Below are positions 28,978 through 38,088 of a DNA stretch of 64,000 nucleotides, piece after piece. Source of the DNA: a virus. Under the pieces are notes generated by a model. The model worked only from the letters and a program-made list of their open reading frames with translations, made no database searches and was not told the origin of the DNA. Position 1 is the first letter of the stretch. Each line of letters begins with the position of its first letter. The stretch spans positions 32,001 through 96,000 of IMG/VR virus record IMGVR_UViG_3300033146_002242. The stretch is one strand, 5' to 3'. Both the position numbers and the translations under genes were made by a program.

Positions 28978-29374
28978 AAGAAAAATTAAAAGATTAGATT
29001 TAGAAAATTGGCAAAAAATGGTATGTGAAATAAATGATAATGATTATGTAGGAATGAAAGAAATAACACCTATAATAAATAAAAATGGATGTTATTTAGA
29101 GGAAAATAAGTGTTGGTTTGAATATAGTGGCAGAGCATTTACATATAACAAGGAGGATTTTTTATACACATTGAAAATTCTATCGATGCCAAATTTTAGT
29201 GAATTACAAAAAAAATCATTAGAAGATTTTATAAAATATAATAAAAAAATTGCAAGTAAACATCAAAAAGAAATGTTATATATGATGAAACAAGAGGAAG
29301 ATTTGAAAAAAGCTATTAGAGATATAAAAAAAATAAAATTCAAAATAAAAAAGATAAAAAAGATGAAAAAATAA
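28964..29374 (+). CDS. Hypothetical protein
   Basis: 136 aa, basic termini. Confidence 0.6.
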   Translation: MKKIRRKIKRLDLENWQKMVCEINDNDYVGMKEITPIINKNGCYLEENKCWFEYSGRAFTYNKEDFLYTLKILSMPNFSELQKKSLEDFIKYNKKIASKHQKEMLYMMKQEEDLKKAIRDIKKIKFKIKKIKKMKK

Positions 29375-29389
29375 ATTAAATTGTAATAT

Positions 29390-29462
29390 GGGTCATTAGC
29401 TCAGTTGGTAGAGCAACTGACTTTTAATCAGTAGGTCCGGAGTTCGATTCTCCGATGACCCA
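29390..29462 (+). tRNA. trnK: tRNA-Lys(UUU)
   Basis: Complete cloverleaf ACTGA-CT TTT AA-TCAGT. Confidence 0.95.
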
Positions 29463-29491
29463 TCATTTATTTATAAAAAGAGAGGTGTTTT

Positions 29492-29710
29492 ATGAAAATA
29501 CAAATTTGGCAGATATATTTACTGGTAGTATGCATTCAATTATTAACTTTTTTAATAATAAGTCATATAGCTCGAAAATATGGTTATCCTATAAAGACGT
29601 GGACACTGAGAGAATGGTCATTCGCTATTTTAATGACTTTTATATTTCCCATAGGGTGGTTAGAAATATTCAGAGCTTCTATATGGCCATTTCTTATTAA
29701 AGAAAGATAA
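29492..29710 (+). CDS. Small membrane protein
   Basis: GAGGTG RBS; two TM segments. Confidence 0.6.
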   Translation: MKIQIWQIYLLVVCIQLLTFLIISHIARKYGYPIKTWTLREWSFAILMTFIFPIGWLEIFRASIWPFLIKER

Positions 29711-29734
29711 ATATTTAAAATATTAATTTAATAA

Positions 29735-29823
29735 GGAGAGGTGGTCGAGTTGGTTTAAGGCACCGGTCTTGAAAACCGGCGAGGGTTTATAGCCTTCCGT
29801 GGGTTCGAATCCCACCCTCTCCG
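29735..29823 (+). tRNA. trnS: tRNA-Ser(UGA)
   Basis: GGAGAGG acceptor, CCGGT-CT TGA AA-ACCGG, long variable arm, G73. Confidence 0.95.
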
Positions 29824-29856
29824 TCAAAATATTAATATTATTTAAAAAGGATTAAT

Positions 29857-30030
29857 ATGATAAATACAATTTTATTAGTAATATCTATAATTGGGTTATT
29901 GGTATTAATAGTGTTGGGTATTTTATTTATAATCGAGATAAATAAAATATTTAATCGAGGTATATCAAATGAAACAATCGAAAAAATATTAGATAGAAAA
30001 CCAATTTTTTGGATACCTCCATTTAATTAA
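29857..30030 (+). CDS. Small single-TM protein (57 aa, not in track)
   Basis: AAGGA RBS; MINTILLVISIIGLLVLIVLGILFII. Confidence 0.45.
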   Translation: MINTILLVISIIGLLVLIVLGILFIIEINKIFNRGISNETIEKILDRKPIFWIPPFN

Positions 30031-30094
30031 AAAATTTACATTTGCATATTAAGTAAATATGACGATTTATACTTTTTATTTATAAATTTAATGT

Positions 30095-30168
30095 GTGGGT
30101 GTGGCCTAGTCTGGTAAGGCACCTGATTTGGGATCAGGAAATCGGAGGTTCAAATCCTCTCACCCGCA
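30095..30168 (+). tRNA. trnP: tRNA-Pro(UGG)
   Basis: Complete cloverleaf CCTGA-TT TGG GA-TCAGG; acceptor GTGGGTG/CACCCGC. Confidence 0.9.
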
Positions 30169-30333
30169 TCAATTTTGTAATTTTTAAATTTGCACTATGA
30201 ACAATAGTGACAAATAGCAGAGGATTGTAAATGAGGAGATACAGATTGATATATATTATCATTAGTATATATTCCATAATAATTTATAAATATTACACAT
30301 TATACTAATGTGGCGGCTGGCGTTGGATTTAAT

Positions 30334-30570
30334 ATGATTATATATCGATGTGATAGATGTAATAAAAAAATGGATGAAGATGAGAATCGTAGAATTGAAG
30401 GATTTAATAAATTTTCATCTAATGATATTATGCATTTTACAATTTCAATAAAGCCAGATAATAAACATTTTTGTCATGATTGTATCAGGCTTATGGTAAT
30501 CAATGCATTAGAAGATCCCAACAATAATATATTATATGGGTGTAATACAAAATATATTAGTAATAAATAA
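30334..30570 (+). CDS. Small zinc-ribbon protein
   Basis: YRCDRC ... HFCHDC. Confidence 0.6.
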   Translation: MIIYRCDRCNKKMDEDENRRIEGFNKFSSNDIMHFTISIKPDNKHFCHDCIRLMVINALEDPNNNILYGCNTKYISNK

Positions 30571-30649
30571 ATTTATTTATGCATTACACATTTTAAATGT
30601 GACAATATAATATTGTATTATTTTTTAAAAAAAGTGAAAGGAGCTTTGT

Positions 30650-32404
30650 ATGAAGAAAGTTGTTGTGAGAAAATATAGATGTTGGGAGCCTTTGAATATG
30701 GGGCAGGATGTAATTACCCAGTTGTGGTTGCAAAATCAAATGTGGAATAAATTAGTAGAGATGGAACAAAATTTATATAAGAAGTATAGAGAAGTTATGT
30801 CTACTGATACAGCAGTAGCTGAAATTGAAGAAAAATTAACTCAAAATGATACTGCTATTAAAGCATATATGGAAGAAAGAAATGAAATAAGGAAAAAACT
30901 TAAAAAGAAGAAATGTGCTGAAACAGCATATTTTGATGAACAAATTAAAGAATTATCAGCAGAATCAAAAGAGCTTCGTAAGATAGCTCGGGAAAAAAGA
31001 AAAGAAGCAAAAGAAAAAGTTAAACCTTTACTTGATGAAATCAATCAAGAAAGAAAGGAAAGAAGAAAAAAAATATATCAAAATTCGGGGTTGTTTTGGG
31101 GTAATTATAACAGAGTCATGGCATCATTTGATATCGCTGTATCAAAATCGATGAAAACTGGCAGCACTTTACGTTTTCATCGATTTGATGGAACTGGAAT
31201 TTTTAAAAATTTCTTGTCCCCCGGCCGAACAAATGATGACATGTTAAATGGAAAGTTAAGTTACTTACATTTACAGGACATTCCTGCTGAGTCATTTAAT
31301 GATTATATCGGTAGAAATAATCCATGTAAAATGGTTCTCGGTAGTCGTAGAGAAAGATCACGAAAATATGGGCTTCTCAAATTCACGATTTATCGAGGAA
31401 AAGATGAAGAAGGAAATAGAATAAATAGAATGTTAGAAATGCCAGTGCTGCTTCACCGTCCATTGCCAGATGATGAAGATTTATTAATTAAAGAAGCCGT
31501 TGTACGGCGGGAGTGTGTATCACCCGGTGAATATAGATGGTTTTTTATATTAACATATGTTGGTGGTGAATTTCAGCCAGTTCAACATGTTAATACTGGT
31601 AGTGTTGCTGGTATTAACATGGGTTGGAAAACTGTCAATAATAATACATTGCGAATTGCTACTTTGGTGTCGGATAAAGAAACAGTACATTTCATTCTAC
31701 CAGAAAAAATTATGAAAACATATGATTATTTAAATCAATTAAAATCGGAAGTCGATAGCATGATTAACCATGCTATTGCTAGAATAAAAGAGATTATGAA
31801 AGATGATGATGAACTTCCTGAATCAATGGGAGTTTATTTAACCAGAATAACAAAGGCCAAACGGCCGCGATATGATTTATTAGAGAAAATGATGTGGGTA
31901 TGGGATAAAGAATTGTCATATAAACCAGAAGAATTTTCTGAGGCAAAGGCTCATTTTGATTATCTTAATCGTGTTTTATCTGAGATGAATAATTTGAGAG
32001 ATAAAGTCCGTGGACACCGGTTAGATTTATATCGGTGTTGGACAAAAATGATTACTCAAAAATATGAAACAATTATTGTTGATAAATTAAATTTGGCGCA
32101 ACTAAGTAAATTGGAGGCCGATGATGGCACTCCCACCAATAACTTACCAGAAGCAGCTCGTAAAAATCGAGTCATTGCATCGGTAGGTATTTTTAAAGAA
32201 TGGCTTGATAAACAGGCTTTGAAAGTGGGGTCTGTAATTATTAAGAAATCAATTAAATCATCCACAATCTGCTCAGATTGTGGCGGTAAATTGATTAGAA
32301 AAGACAGTATCATATGGGCGTGCGAAAATTGTGGTAGCGTGTTTGACCAAGATGTTAACGCGGCTACTAACTTGATACGGTCGTATCAAGAAGAAGCAGC
32401 GTGA
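30650..32404 (+). CDS. cas12m: Cas12m-like (type V-M / V-U1) effector with predicted inactive RuvC
   Basis: AAGGAG RBS; QLWLQNQMWNKLVE, long coiled coil, GLFWGNYN, LRFHRFDGTG, PVLLHRPLP, RuvC-I AGINMGW (D to N), GHRLDLYR, RuvC-II IIVD (E to D), C-terminal CSDCG..CENCGSVFDQDVNAATNL. Confidence 0.8.
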   Translation: MKKVVVRKYRCWEPLNMGQDVITQLWLQNQMWNKLVEMEQNLYKKYREVMSTDTAVAEIEEKLTQNDTAIKAYMEERNEIRKKLKKKKCAETAYFDEQIKELSAESKELRKIAREKRKEAKEKVKPLLDEINQERKERRKKIYQNSGLFWGNYNRVMASFDIAVSKSMKTGSTLRFHRFDGTGIFKNFLSPGRTNDDMLNGKLSYLHLQDIPAESFNDYIGRNNPCKMVLGSRRERSRKYGLLKFTIYRGKDEEGNRINRMLEMPVLLHRPLPDDEDLLIKEAVVRRECVSPGEYRWFFILTYVGGEFQPVQHVNTGSVAGINMGWKTVNNNTLRIATLVSDKETVHFILPEKIMKTYDYLNQLKSEVDSMINHAIARIKEIMKDDDELPESMGVYLTRITKAKRPRYDLLEKMMWVWDKELSYKPEEFSEAKAHFDYLNRVLSEMNNLRDKVRGHRLDLYRCWTKMITQKYETIIVDKLNLAQLSKLEADDGTPTNNLPEAARKNRVIASVGIFKEWLDKQALKVGSVIIKKSIKSSTICSDCGGKLIRKDSIIWACENCGSVFDQDVNAATNLIRSYQEEAA

Positions 32405-32408
32405 ATAT

Positions 32409-32453
32409 ATTCCCTGACATGAGAATATTTCAAAAATTCTCATGTCAGGGAAT
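32409..32453. terminator. Perfect 18 bp hairpin after cas12m-like gene
   Basis: attccctgacatgagaat/attctcatgtcagggaat followed by T-rich tract. Confidence 0.65.
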
Positions 32454-32554
32454 CATTTTTACACGGTAAATACATACAAATCGTGGCAACTTATCAGGTC
32501 AAATATTATTATAATATTTGAATTTTTGAATTTACACATTTAATTAAATGTGAT

Positions 32555-32890
32555 ATGTCCTGGGAAGTCAATTATATGGAAACTTGTAATAAAGAATGTG
32601 ATTTATACCCCATGACAATGGGGTGCATAGATTGTAAACATTATGATAATGATTTAGCTGCAAAAAATACTATTCAAAAATTTATAGATTCATATAAAGG
32701 TGAAATAAATGGTATTCATATGATTATTGCAGCATGTGATTATATGGAATGGAGTTTAGCAATCCCAAAAGAAGAACATATAAATGAAAATGATAATATA
32801 AAAGGTTTGATTATTGGAGAAGAAAATTACGTATCATCTATTTTAGATAAAATAGATGGTGTTAAATTTAACCCAACAAATAAAAATTAA
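32555..32890 (+). CDS. Hypothetical protein
   Basis: 111 aa; N-terminal Cys cluster. Confidence 0.6.
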   Translation: MSWEVNYMETCNKECDLYPMTMGCIDCKHYDNDLAAKNTIQKFIDSYKGEINGIHMIIAACDYMEWSLAIPKEEHINENDNIKGLIIGEENYVSSILDKIDGVKFNPTNKN

Positions 32891-33170
32891 ATCTAAAAAA
32901 TCCTATATCAGAAAAAACATTTTTAATAGGTAAAATATGTGGAATTAAAAAACCTGTTATAACAGGTGAATCATTTATTTTAATGATTGAACATAAATCA
33001 CATAAATCAGTTGTGTGGAATATTCCAGCAACTGATGTTGAATTAATATAATTATTGTCCAATATAAAATTGGGACCATACATACAGCAGCTATTATAAC
33101 AATATAATCATTTTATTATAAATTATCCAATATTATAATTGGGTCAACGATACAAATAACATTTATTAAA

Positions 33171-33244
33171 TGGGGTGTCGTTCAATGGTAGGACAACAGC
33201 CTTTGGAGCTGTTTATTGGGGTTCGAATCCCTACACCCCAGCCA
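33171..33244 (+). tRNA. trnQ: tRNA-Gln(UUG)
   Basis: U1:A72, G73, CCA encoded; ACAGC-CT TTG GA-GCTGT. Confidence 0.93.
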
Positions 33245-33387
33245 TTTGATATTTACTCTATATAATATATAATAATGGGAAATTAATATTTAAAATATTG
33301 ATTAAATAATGGAATTTACCAATTAAATTGTTTTAATAACAATTACTTTTTATATATATTGATAAATAAATAGGGTAATTTGTTTAA

Positions 33388-33463
33388 TCCTCGGTAGTTC
33401 AGTTGGCAGAACAAGTGGCTGTTAACCACTATGTCGCAGGTTCGAGTCCTGCCCGGGGAGCCA
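33388..33463 (+). tRNA. trnN: tRNA-Asn(GUU)
   Basis: TCCTCGG acceptor, AGTGG-CT GTT AA-CCACT, CCA encoded. Confidence 0.95.
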
Positions 33464-33971
33464 TTTTTTAGATGAAAGGAATATATGGATTTTATAACTT
33501 GGTGGTTTAATCATCATTATGTAGTATCTACTTTATTAACACCTTTTATGACACTAGCTTGGGTATTTTATAAAGGGCTAGTAATAAGAGGTATATTTAC
33601 AGTTATTTGGATTATAATTGAGCTTATTATTATGACAGTCGGATCGTCATAGGCGAATCACATCCGGTATTGGGGTAATTTCAAAATTAAGAAACTCTCT
33701 GATATACGATGGAAAAAGAAACGGTGTAATTCCGTACCCGACTTTTAAAATCTCATCAACGGACACATCATTAGTATTTTCAGAATAACAAATATTGATA
33801 AAAATTCGAAAACCCCGATATATGTAGAAGAATTTGAGTTTAGCAGGGATGAATGGAATAGTGAACCACCAGAATGCTTACAAAAAGCTATAGTTGCATG
33901 TAAAAGTAAAACACAGTGTTATCATTGCAGAACTGTGTATTATGCAGCTGAAAAAAAGGAGGATTGTGTTA

Positions 33972-34232
33972 ATGCATGATTCACATGAGATTTATGAATT
34001 TATATATAATGGATTTTGTGTTGAGCGATTGAATAAAAATAAAACAGTATATACAGCTAAATTTAAAAAATGGACCCGTGATCCGGGTATTGGAATTTTT
34101 GAATGTTCTGATGGAAAAAATCGGTATATTCCAACCTGTGCAATAAAAGATTTTGATACACTACATATACATCCTAAACAAGATGTAAACGTAAAAGAAA
34201 AACTTTTGATGTGCAACTCTGCTACATCATAA
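33972..34232 (+). CDS. Hypothetical protein
   Basis: AAGGAGG RBS; ATG at 33972. Confidence 0.6.
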   Translation: MHDSHEIYEFIYNGFCVERLNKNKTVYTAKFKKWTRDPGIGIFECSDGKNRYIPTCAIKDFDTLHIHPKQDVNVKEKLLMCNSATS

Positions 34233-34241
34233 GTGAAATTA

Positions 34242-34318
34242 GGGCCCTTAGCTCAGTTGGTTAGAGCTCCCGGCTCATAACCGGGCGGTCCGGGGTTCGA
34301 ATCCCTGAGGGCCCACCA
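34242..34318 (+). tRNA. trnI: tRNA with CAU anticodon, Ile2-like (lysidine) rather than Met
   Basis: GGGCCCT acceptor, GGCTCATAACC loop, C4:G69/C5:G68 pairs typical of TilS substrates, CCA encoded. Confidence 0.85.
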
Positions 34319-34444
34319 TGTAAAAAATTAGTTAAATTTACGCAATACAATGTTGCGGCATTTTATTATTGTTTTTAAATTAAAAATAAATATGGTATTT
34401 TCAGTATGGTTTTTTATGTAACTTAAATAAAAAAGGAGATCTAT

Positions 34445-34780
34445 TTGGAGACACAATATTTAGCTACACTTAATATCAAATCAGAATGGGATACTAGTTT
34501 GAGAAATAAATCAAAAGTGTATGAGTTATGTAGAGATATTTACTACAAGCTTTATGATGTGAGAATTAATGGTGAGCCCATTGGATTTGTTGAGCGGGAC
34601 ATGATTTATGAGTCTCGCCAAGAAATCTTGGATGAATTACGTGTATTAATGTATAATGAAAATGCAAATATTGAAGATCTATCCAAGATTATGACATCCC
34701 TACATAACTGGGGAAATAAATTGATTCGTATTGACGTAATTAATCATTCTAAATTAGCCGTGTGTAATATAATTATGTGA
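34445..34780 (+). CDS. Hypothetical protein
   Basis: AAGGAG RBS, TTG start. Confidence 0.6.
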   Translation: METQYLATLNIKSEWDTSLRNKSKVYELCRDIYYKLYDVRINGEPIGFVERDMIYESRQEILDELRVLMYNENANIEDLSKIMTSLHNWGNKLIRIDVINHSKLAVCNIIM

Positions 34781-34795
34781 TATATCATTGCATAT

Positions 34796-34823
34796 AAGCG
34801 AGGGCAACGCCCTCGCTTTTTTT
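34796..34823 (+). terminator. Intrinsic terminator
   Basis: aagcgagggc/gccctcgctt plus T-run. Confidence 0.85.
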
Positions 34824-34891
34824 GTCTTTTTTTTTGTGATCATATCTTATAATCAATACATATCAAACAAGTCGATATTTTAAATTACTGC

Positions 34892-34904
34892 GAACACAAA
34901 AATA
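34892..34904 (+). promoter_or_regulatory. Candidate promoter GAACA-N6-TA
   Basis: GAACA CAAAAA TA upstream of the TGT-like gene. Confidence 0.55.
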
Positions 34905-34967
34905 CACAAATCATTTCCAAAAAGAATATTCCTTTCTTTTTATTAAAATCTAGTCGAGGTAGTCGAA

Positions 34968-36380
34968 GTGAATCAGATTAAATCAGGTTATGTATGTGCA
35001 GGATTTGAATCTTTATCATCCGTATTAAATAGATTTTTAATAGGGCAATCAACCACCAAAGAAAGTAGATATGACAATCATTTTTCCCGTGAAGATATTG
35101 CAAATATGTTTTCTAAAATAATAACGGGATTTTTACATTCTTTTGGACAAGATTTTCCAGGTCGAAAAAAATATCAAAAATATGTAGATAAAGAATATAA
35201 CGTTTTTAAATTAGTTCATGATGAAATATTTCTGACAAAAAATTTATTATATGCTGATTCTGGAGGTTTCCAAGCTTCCATAGGCAAAATATCAAAAAAT
35301 GAAACTGAACTGCTAATACAATTATATCATGAATTTCTTCATAAAACACATAATTTATTGGATAGAGCGTTTGTATTAGATTTACCACCGGGTCCTGATT
35401 GTGTTATTTTTAAAAATTGGAATGATGTTTATAAATGGAATCTAAAGACATATACAATGGCAGCTGAGTTGCCAGATGAAATCAGAAAAAAAATGATTTA
35501 TATTCATCATTTTCGTACACCTAATCAATGGGATATTTTTCAAAAGATAAAAAATGATAATAATTTATTTGATAAATTTGACCATTTTGCAACTGGTGGG
35601 ATTGTAGCAAATTCAAAAGCAGATGTAACAATTCCATGTATTATTTATGTTATTCCCTTAGTTTGTTTATTAAATGATTGTATTAAATATAAAAGAAAAA
35701 AATTAGAATTTCATATTCTTGGTGGTGCAAATTTTCGAGATATGCTTTTTTATGAAATGTTTACTATTCATGTTAAGGAAAAACATGATATTGATTTAGA
35801 AATAACATTTGATAGTAGTGGATTATATAAAGCATTGATGCAAGGAAGAGTTGTACATATATTTGATGAATCATCTAAATCAATTAAAAAAACAGATATT
35901 AGAAGCAATAAAATGAAAATGAGATTTTATAATACTGATTATTTAACGGAAGAATACATTTTAAATAAATTAAATACAATGGCTGATAAATTTAATTTAA
36001 AATCTCTTTCTTATTTAACAGAATTATATACTGATGAAACTAATACTTTATGGGATGAAGTAAGAGCTTATTTGATGCTTTATATGCTTGATTTTTATTC
36101 AGAAGTTCAAACTATAATTAGAGAATATGTTCATAATGGAGGATATGAGTTATATAAAAATGGAATGATTAATGAATTTAATCATTCCAATATTGATTTT
36201 GTTCGATATTTAAATGGAAAAAATACAAAGAAACAAGTTTTAAAAACAACTATGTTAGCTAAATCATTAGATATATTAACAGATTTAGACGAAGATTATT
36301 GTCAATATTTAGTATATACATATCTAATAAAAGATGAGATAAAAAAATTACATTCAAATTATAATGAAATATTATTTTAA
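34968..36380 (+). CDS. tRNA-guanine transglycosylase-fold protein (DpdA/TGT-like)
   Basis: YADSGGFQ, FVLD, FATGGIV, FHILGG, ITFDSS match TGT active-site motifs in order. Confidence 0.75.
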   Translation: MNQIKSGYVCAGFESLSSVLNRFLIGQSTTKESRYDNHFSREDIANMFSKIITGFLHSFGQDFPGRKKYQKYVDKEYNVFKLVHDEIFLTKNLLYADSGGFQASIGKISKNETELLIQLYHEFLHKTHNLLDRAFVLDLPPGPDCVIFKNWNDVYKWNLKTYTMAAELPDEIRKKMIYIHHFRTPNQWDIFQKIKNDNNLFDKFDHFATGGIVANSKADVTIPCIIYVIPLVCLLNDCIKYKRKKLEFHILGGANFRDMLFYEMFTIHVKEKHDIDLEITFDSSGLYKALMQGRVVHIFDESSKSIKKTDIRSNKMKMRFYNTDYLTEEYILNKLNTMADKFNLKSLSYLTELYTDETNTLWDEVRAYLMLYMLDFYSEVQTIIREYVHNGGYELYKNGMINEFNHSNIDFVRYLNGKNTKKQVLKTTMLAKSLDILTDLDEDYCQYLVYTYLIKDEIKKLHSNYNEILF

Positions 36381-36391
36381 GGGAGTCATTT

Positions 36392-37963
36392 ATGATTACA
36401 AGTATTTTTATTGATACGTGTTACACTGTTTTACTTAATAAAAACTCTCAATTAAAAAAATCAAAATCTTTTTATTCAGATTTAAAAGAAATTATTGATT
36501 TTTATTTAGATAATTACGAAACACCAGTTATTTTAAAAAATAAGATAGATTGTATTAAACAAATATGTCAAATGAGTATAGATGGAAAAAATCAAGATTC
36601 TATATTTGATAGTATTTCAATGACTCCTAAATATGCTGAATTAATTGATTATATAGAATCAAAAAATGAAATTGATATGTCGATTGAAGATTTGAATAAT
36701 TGTATTAAACAAGTTAGAATTCGGAAAAAATATATTCATATGATAAAAAATTATCAACAAGTAACAGAAATTTTAACTTCTATTGATGATGGGTCATATG
36801 ATTCTATAGATGATATGATTGTAAATTATGAAAATTTAGTTAAAGAATTATATTTGAATATTGTTGCATCAAATAGAATTATAGAAATAGAATCAGCTTC
36901 GTGTATTGATATTATGCATGATGATTATGATGCATTATTAGAAACAATCAAAAGAAAATATGATAAGAAGAATAGAGTTTCAACGGGTATTGAAGTATTT
37001 GATTCTCATATTTTTTATGGTGGTTTAGAAAAATCTCGTATTTACATATTCGCTGGTGGTTCTGGTAGTGGAAAATCTACACTATTAGATAATATAATGA
37101 TTCAATCAGCTTTGTCACAAAGTAAAAAGGATATACTTGAAAATTATATAGATCCACGAGTGTATTTATTAATTACTTTAGAAAATCAAATTGATGAAAC
37201 TTTCATGAGAATTTATCAAAGTTTATTTAATAAAACAACTAGTGAATTTTTAGCAGATATAAATAATTCTGGTACAAATCAAATTCGAAAGAAAGTTATT
37301 GATAAAATATCAGCTAATAATATAAAATTTATTATAAAATATTTTCAAGCACAATCAATATCACCAATGGATATAGATTCTGTTATATCAGAATGTTCTG
37401 ATATGTATGGAAAAAGTAGTTTACAAATGGTAGGGGTTGATTATCTTGATTTAATGCGTAGTGATGTTTCTAGGGACGCATATAGACATGAATTAGGTGA
37501 TATAACATTATCATTGAAAACAATTGCTGTTACACATGAAGTACCTGTATTAACGGTTACACAGCTAAATAGAGGTGTATATAGCGTTAAAACAGCAGAA
37601 GAATTGAAATTAGATATGATGGGTGAATCAATGCAAAAGGTTCATCATGCTGATTATATTTCATTACAAGCCAAAGATATTCAGGATGATAATATTGTTC
37701 ATTTTGCAGTTGGTAAAAATAGATCAGGTATATCAGATATAGGACTTGATTTTAAAGTTGATTTTTCAAAATATAAATTTATTAAACCTATTTTTAATGC
37801 AAATAATAATAACAATAATTCAAATGGTAATTCTAAGTCACCAACATTTCATCCTCAACAACACAAATTTTCTGCAAAAAAACCACCATCAGAAACCAAT
37901 CCATTAGATTTTTCAAAAACTAAAATTATTACAAATGATATGTTCAAACCATTGAGTATCTAA
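36392..37963 (+). CDS. dnaB: Replicative helicase (DnaB/T4 gp41-like)
   Basis: AGGSGSGKST, ITLEN, VGVDYLDLM, PVLTVTQLNR, KNRSG. Confidence 0.92.
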   Translation: MITSIFIDTCYTVLLNKNSQLKKSKSFYSDLKEIIDFYLDNYETPVILKNKIDCIKQICQMSIDGKNQDSIFDSISMTPKYAELIDYIESKNEIDMSIEDLNNCIKQVRIRKKYIHMIKNYQQVTEILTSIDDGSYDSIDDMIVNYENLVKELYLNIVASNRIIEIESASCIDIMHDDYDALLETIKRKYDKKNRVSTGIEVFDSHIFYGGLEKSRIYIFAGGSGSGKSTLLDNIMIQSALSQSKKDILENYIDPRVYLLITLENQIDETFMRIYQSLFNKTTSEFLADINNSGTNQIRKKVIDKISANNIKFIIKYFQAQSISPMDIDSVISECSDMYGKSSLQMVGVDYLDLMRSDVSRDAYRHELGDITLSLKTIAVTHEVPVLTVTQLNRGVYSVKTAEELKLDMMGESMQKVHHADYISLQAKDIQDDNIVHFAVGKNRSGISDIGLDFKVDFSKYKFIKPIFNANNNNNNSNGNSKSPTFHPQQHKFSAKKPPSETNPLDFSKTKIITNDMFKPLSI

Positions 37964-37987
37964 AAGTCATTTTTTTGAAATTTAGGA

Positions 37988-38000
37988 GAACACAAAAATG
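37988..38000 (+). promoter_or_regulatory. Candidate promoter GAACA-N6-TG
   Basis: GAACA CAAAAA TG upstream of the head gene cluster. Confidence 0.55.
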
Positions 38001-38088
38001 AATACAAATACAACTTACTTTTATATTAGATATATAAAAGAAAATACAAAATTTCCGTGACGATGGAAATAAATTTAGGAGAATTATC

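Noticed and set aside
30186-30215. Hairpin atttg-cactat/atagtg-a-caaat as a fourth cas-flanking repeat
   Set aside because: Different stem sequence and directly after tRNA-Pro; more likely a terminator or processing hairpin
30650-32404. Ordinary IS605 TnpB transposon
   Set aside because: No tnpA, no recognisable IS ends, longer than typical TnpB with a coiled-coil insertion, and RuvC residues substituted
33632-33820. Cobalamin-riboswitch-like CGGTGTAATTCCG plus some long-range stems
   Set aside because: Lacks the AGGGAA and GCxACUG core; pairings could be chance in a mildly GC-richer intergenic stretch
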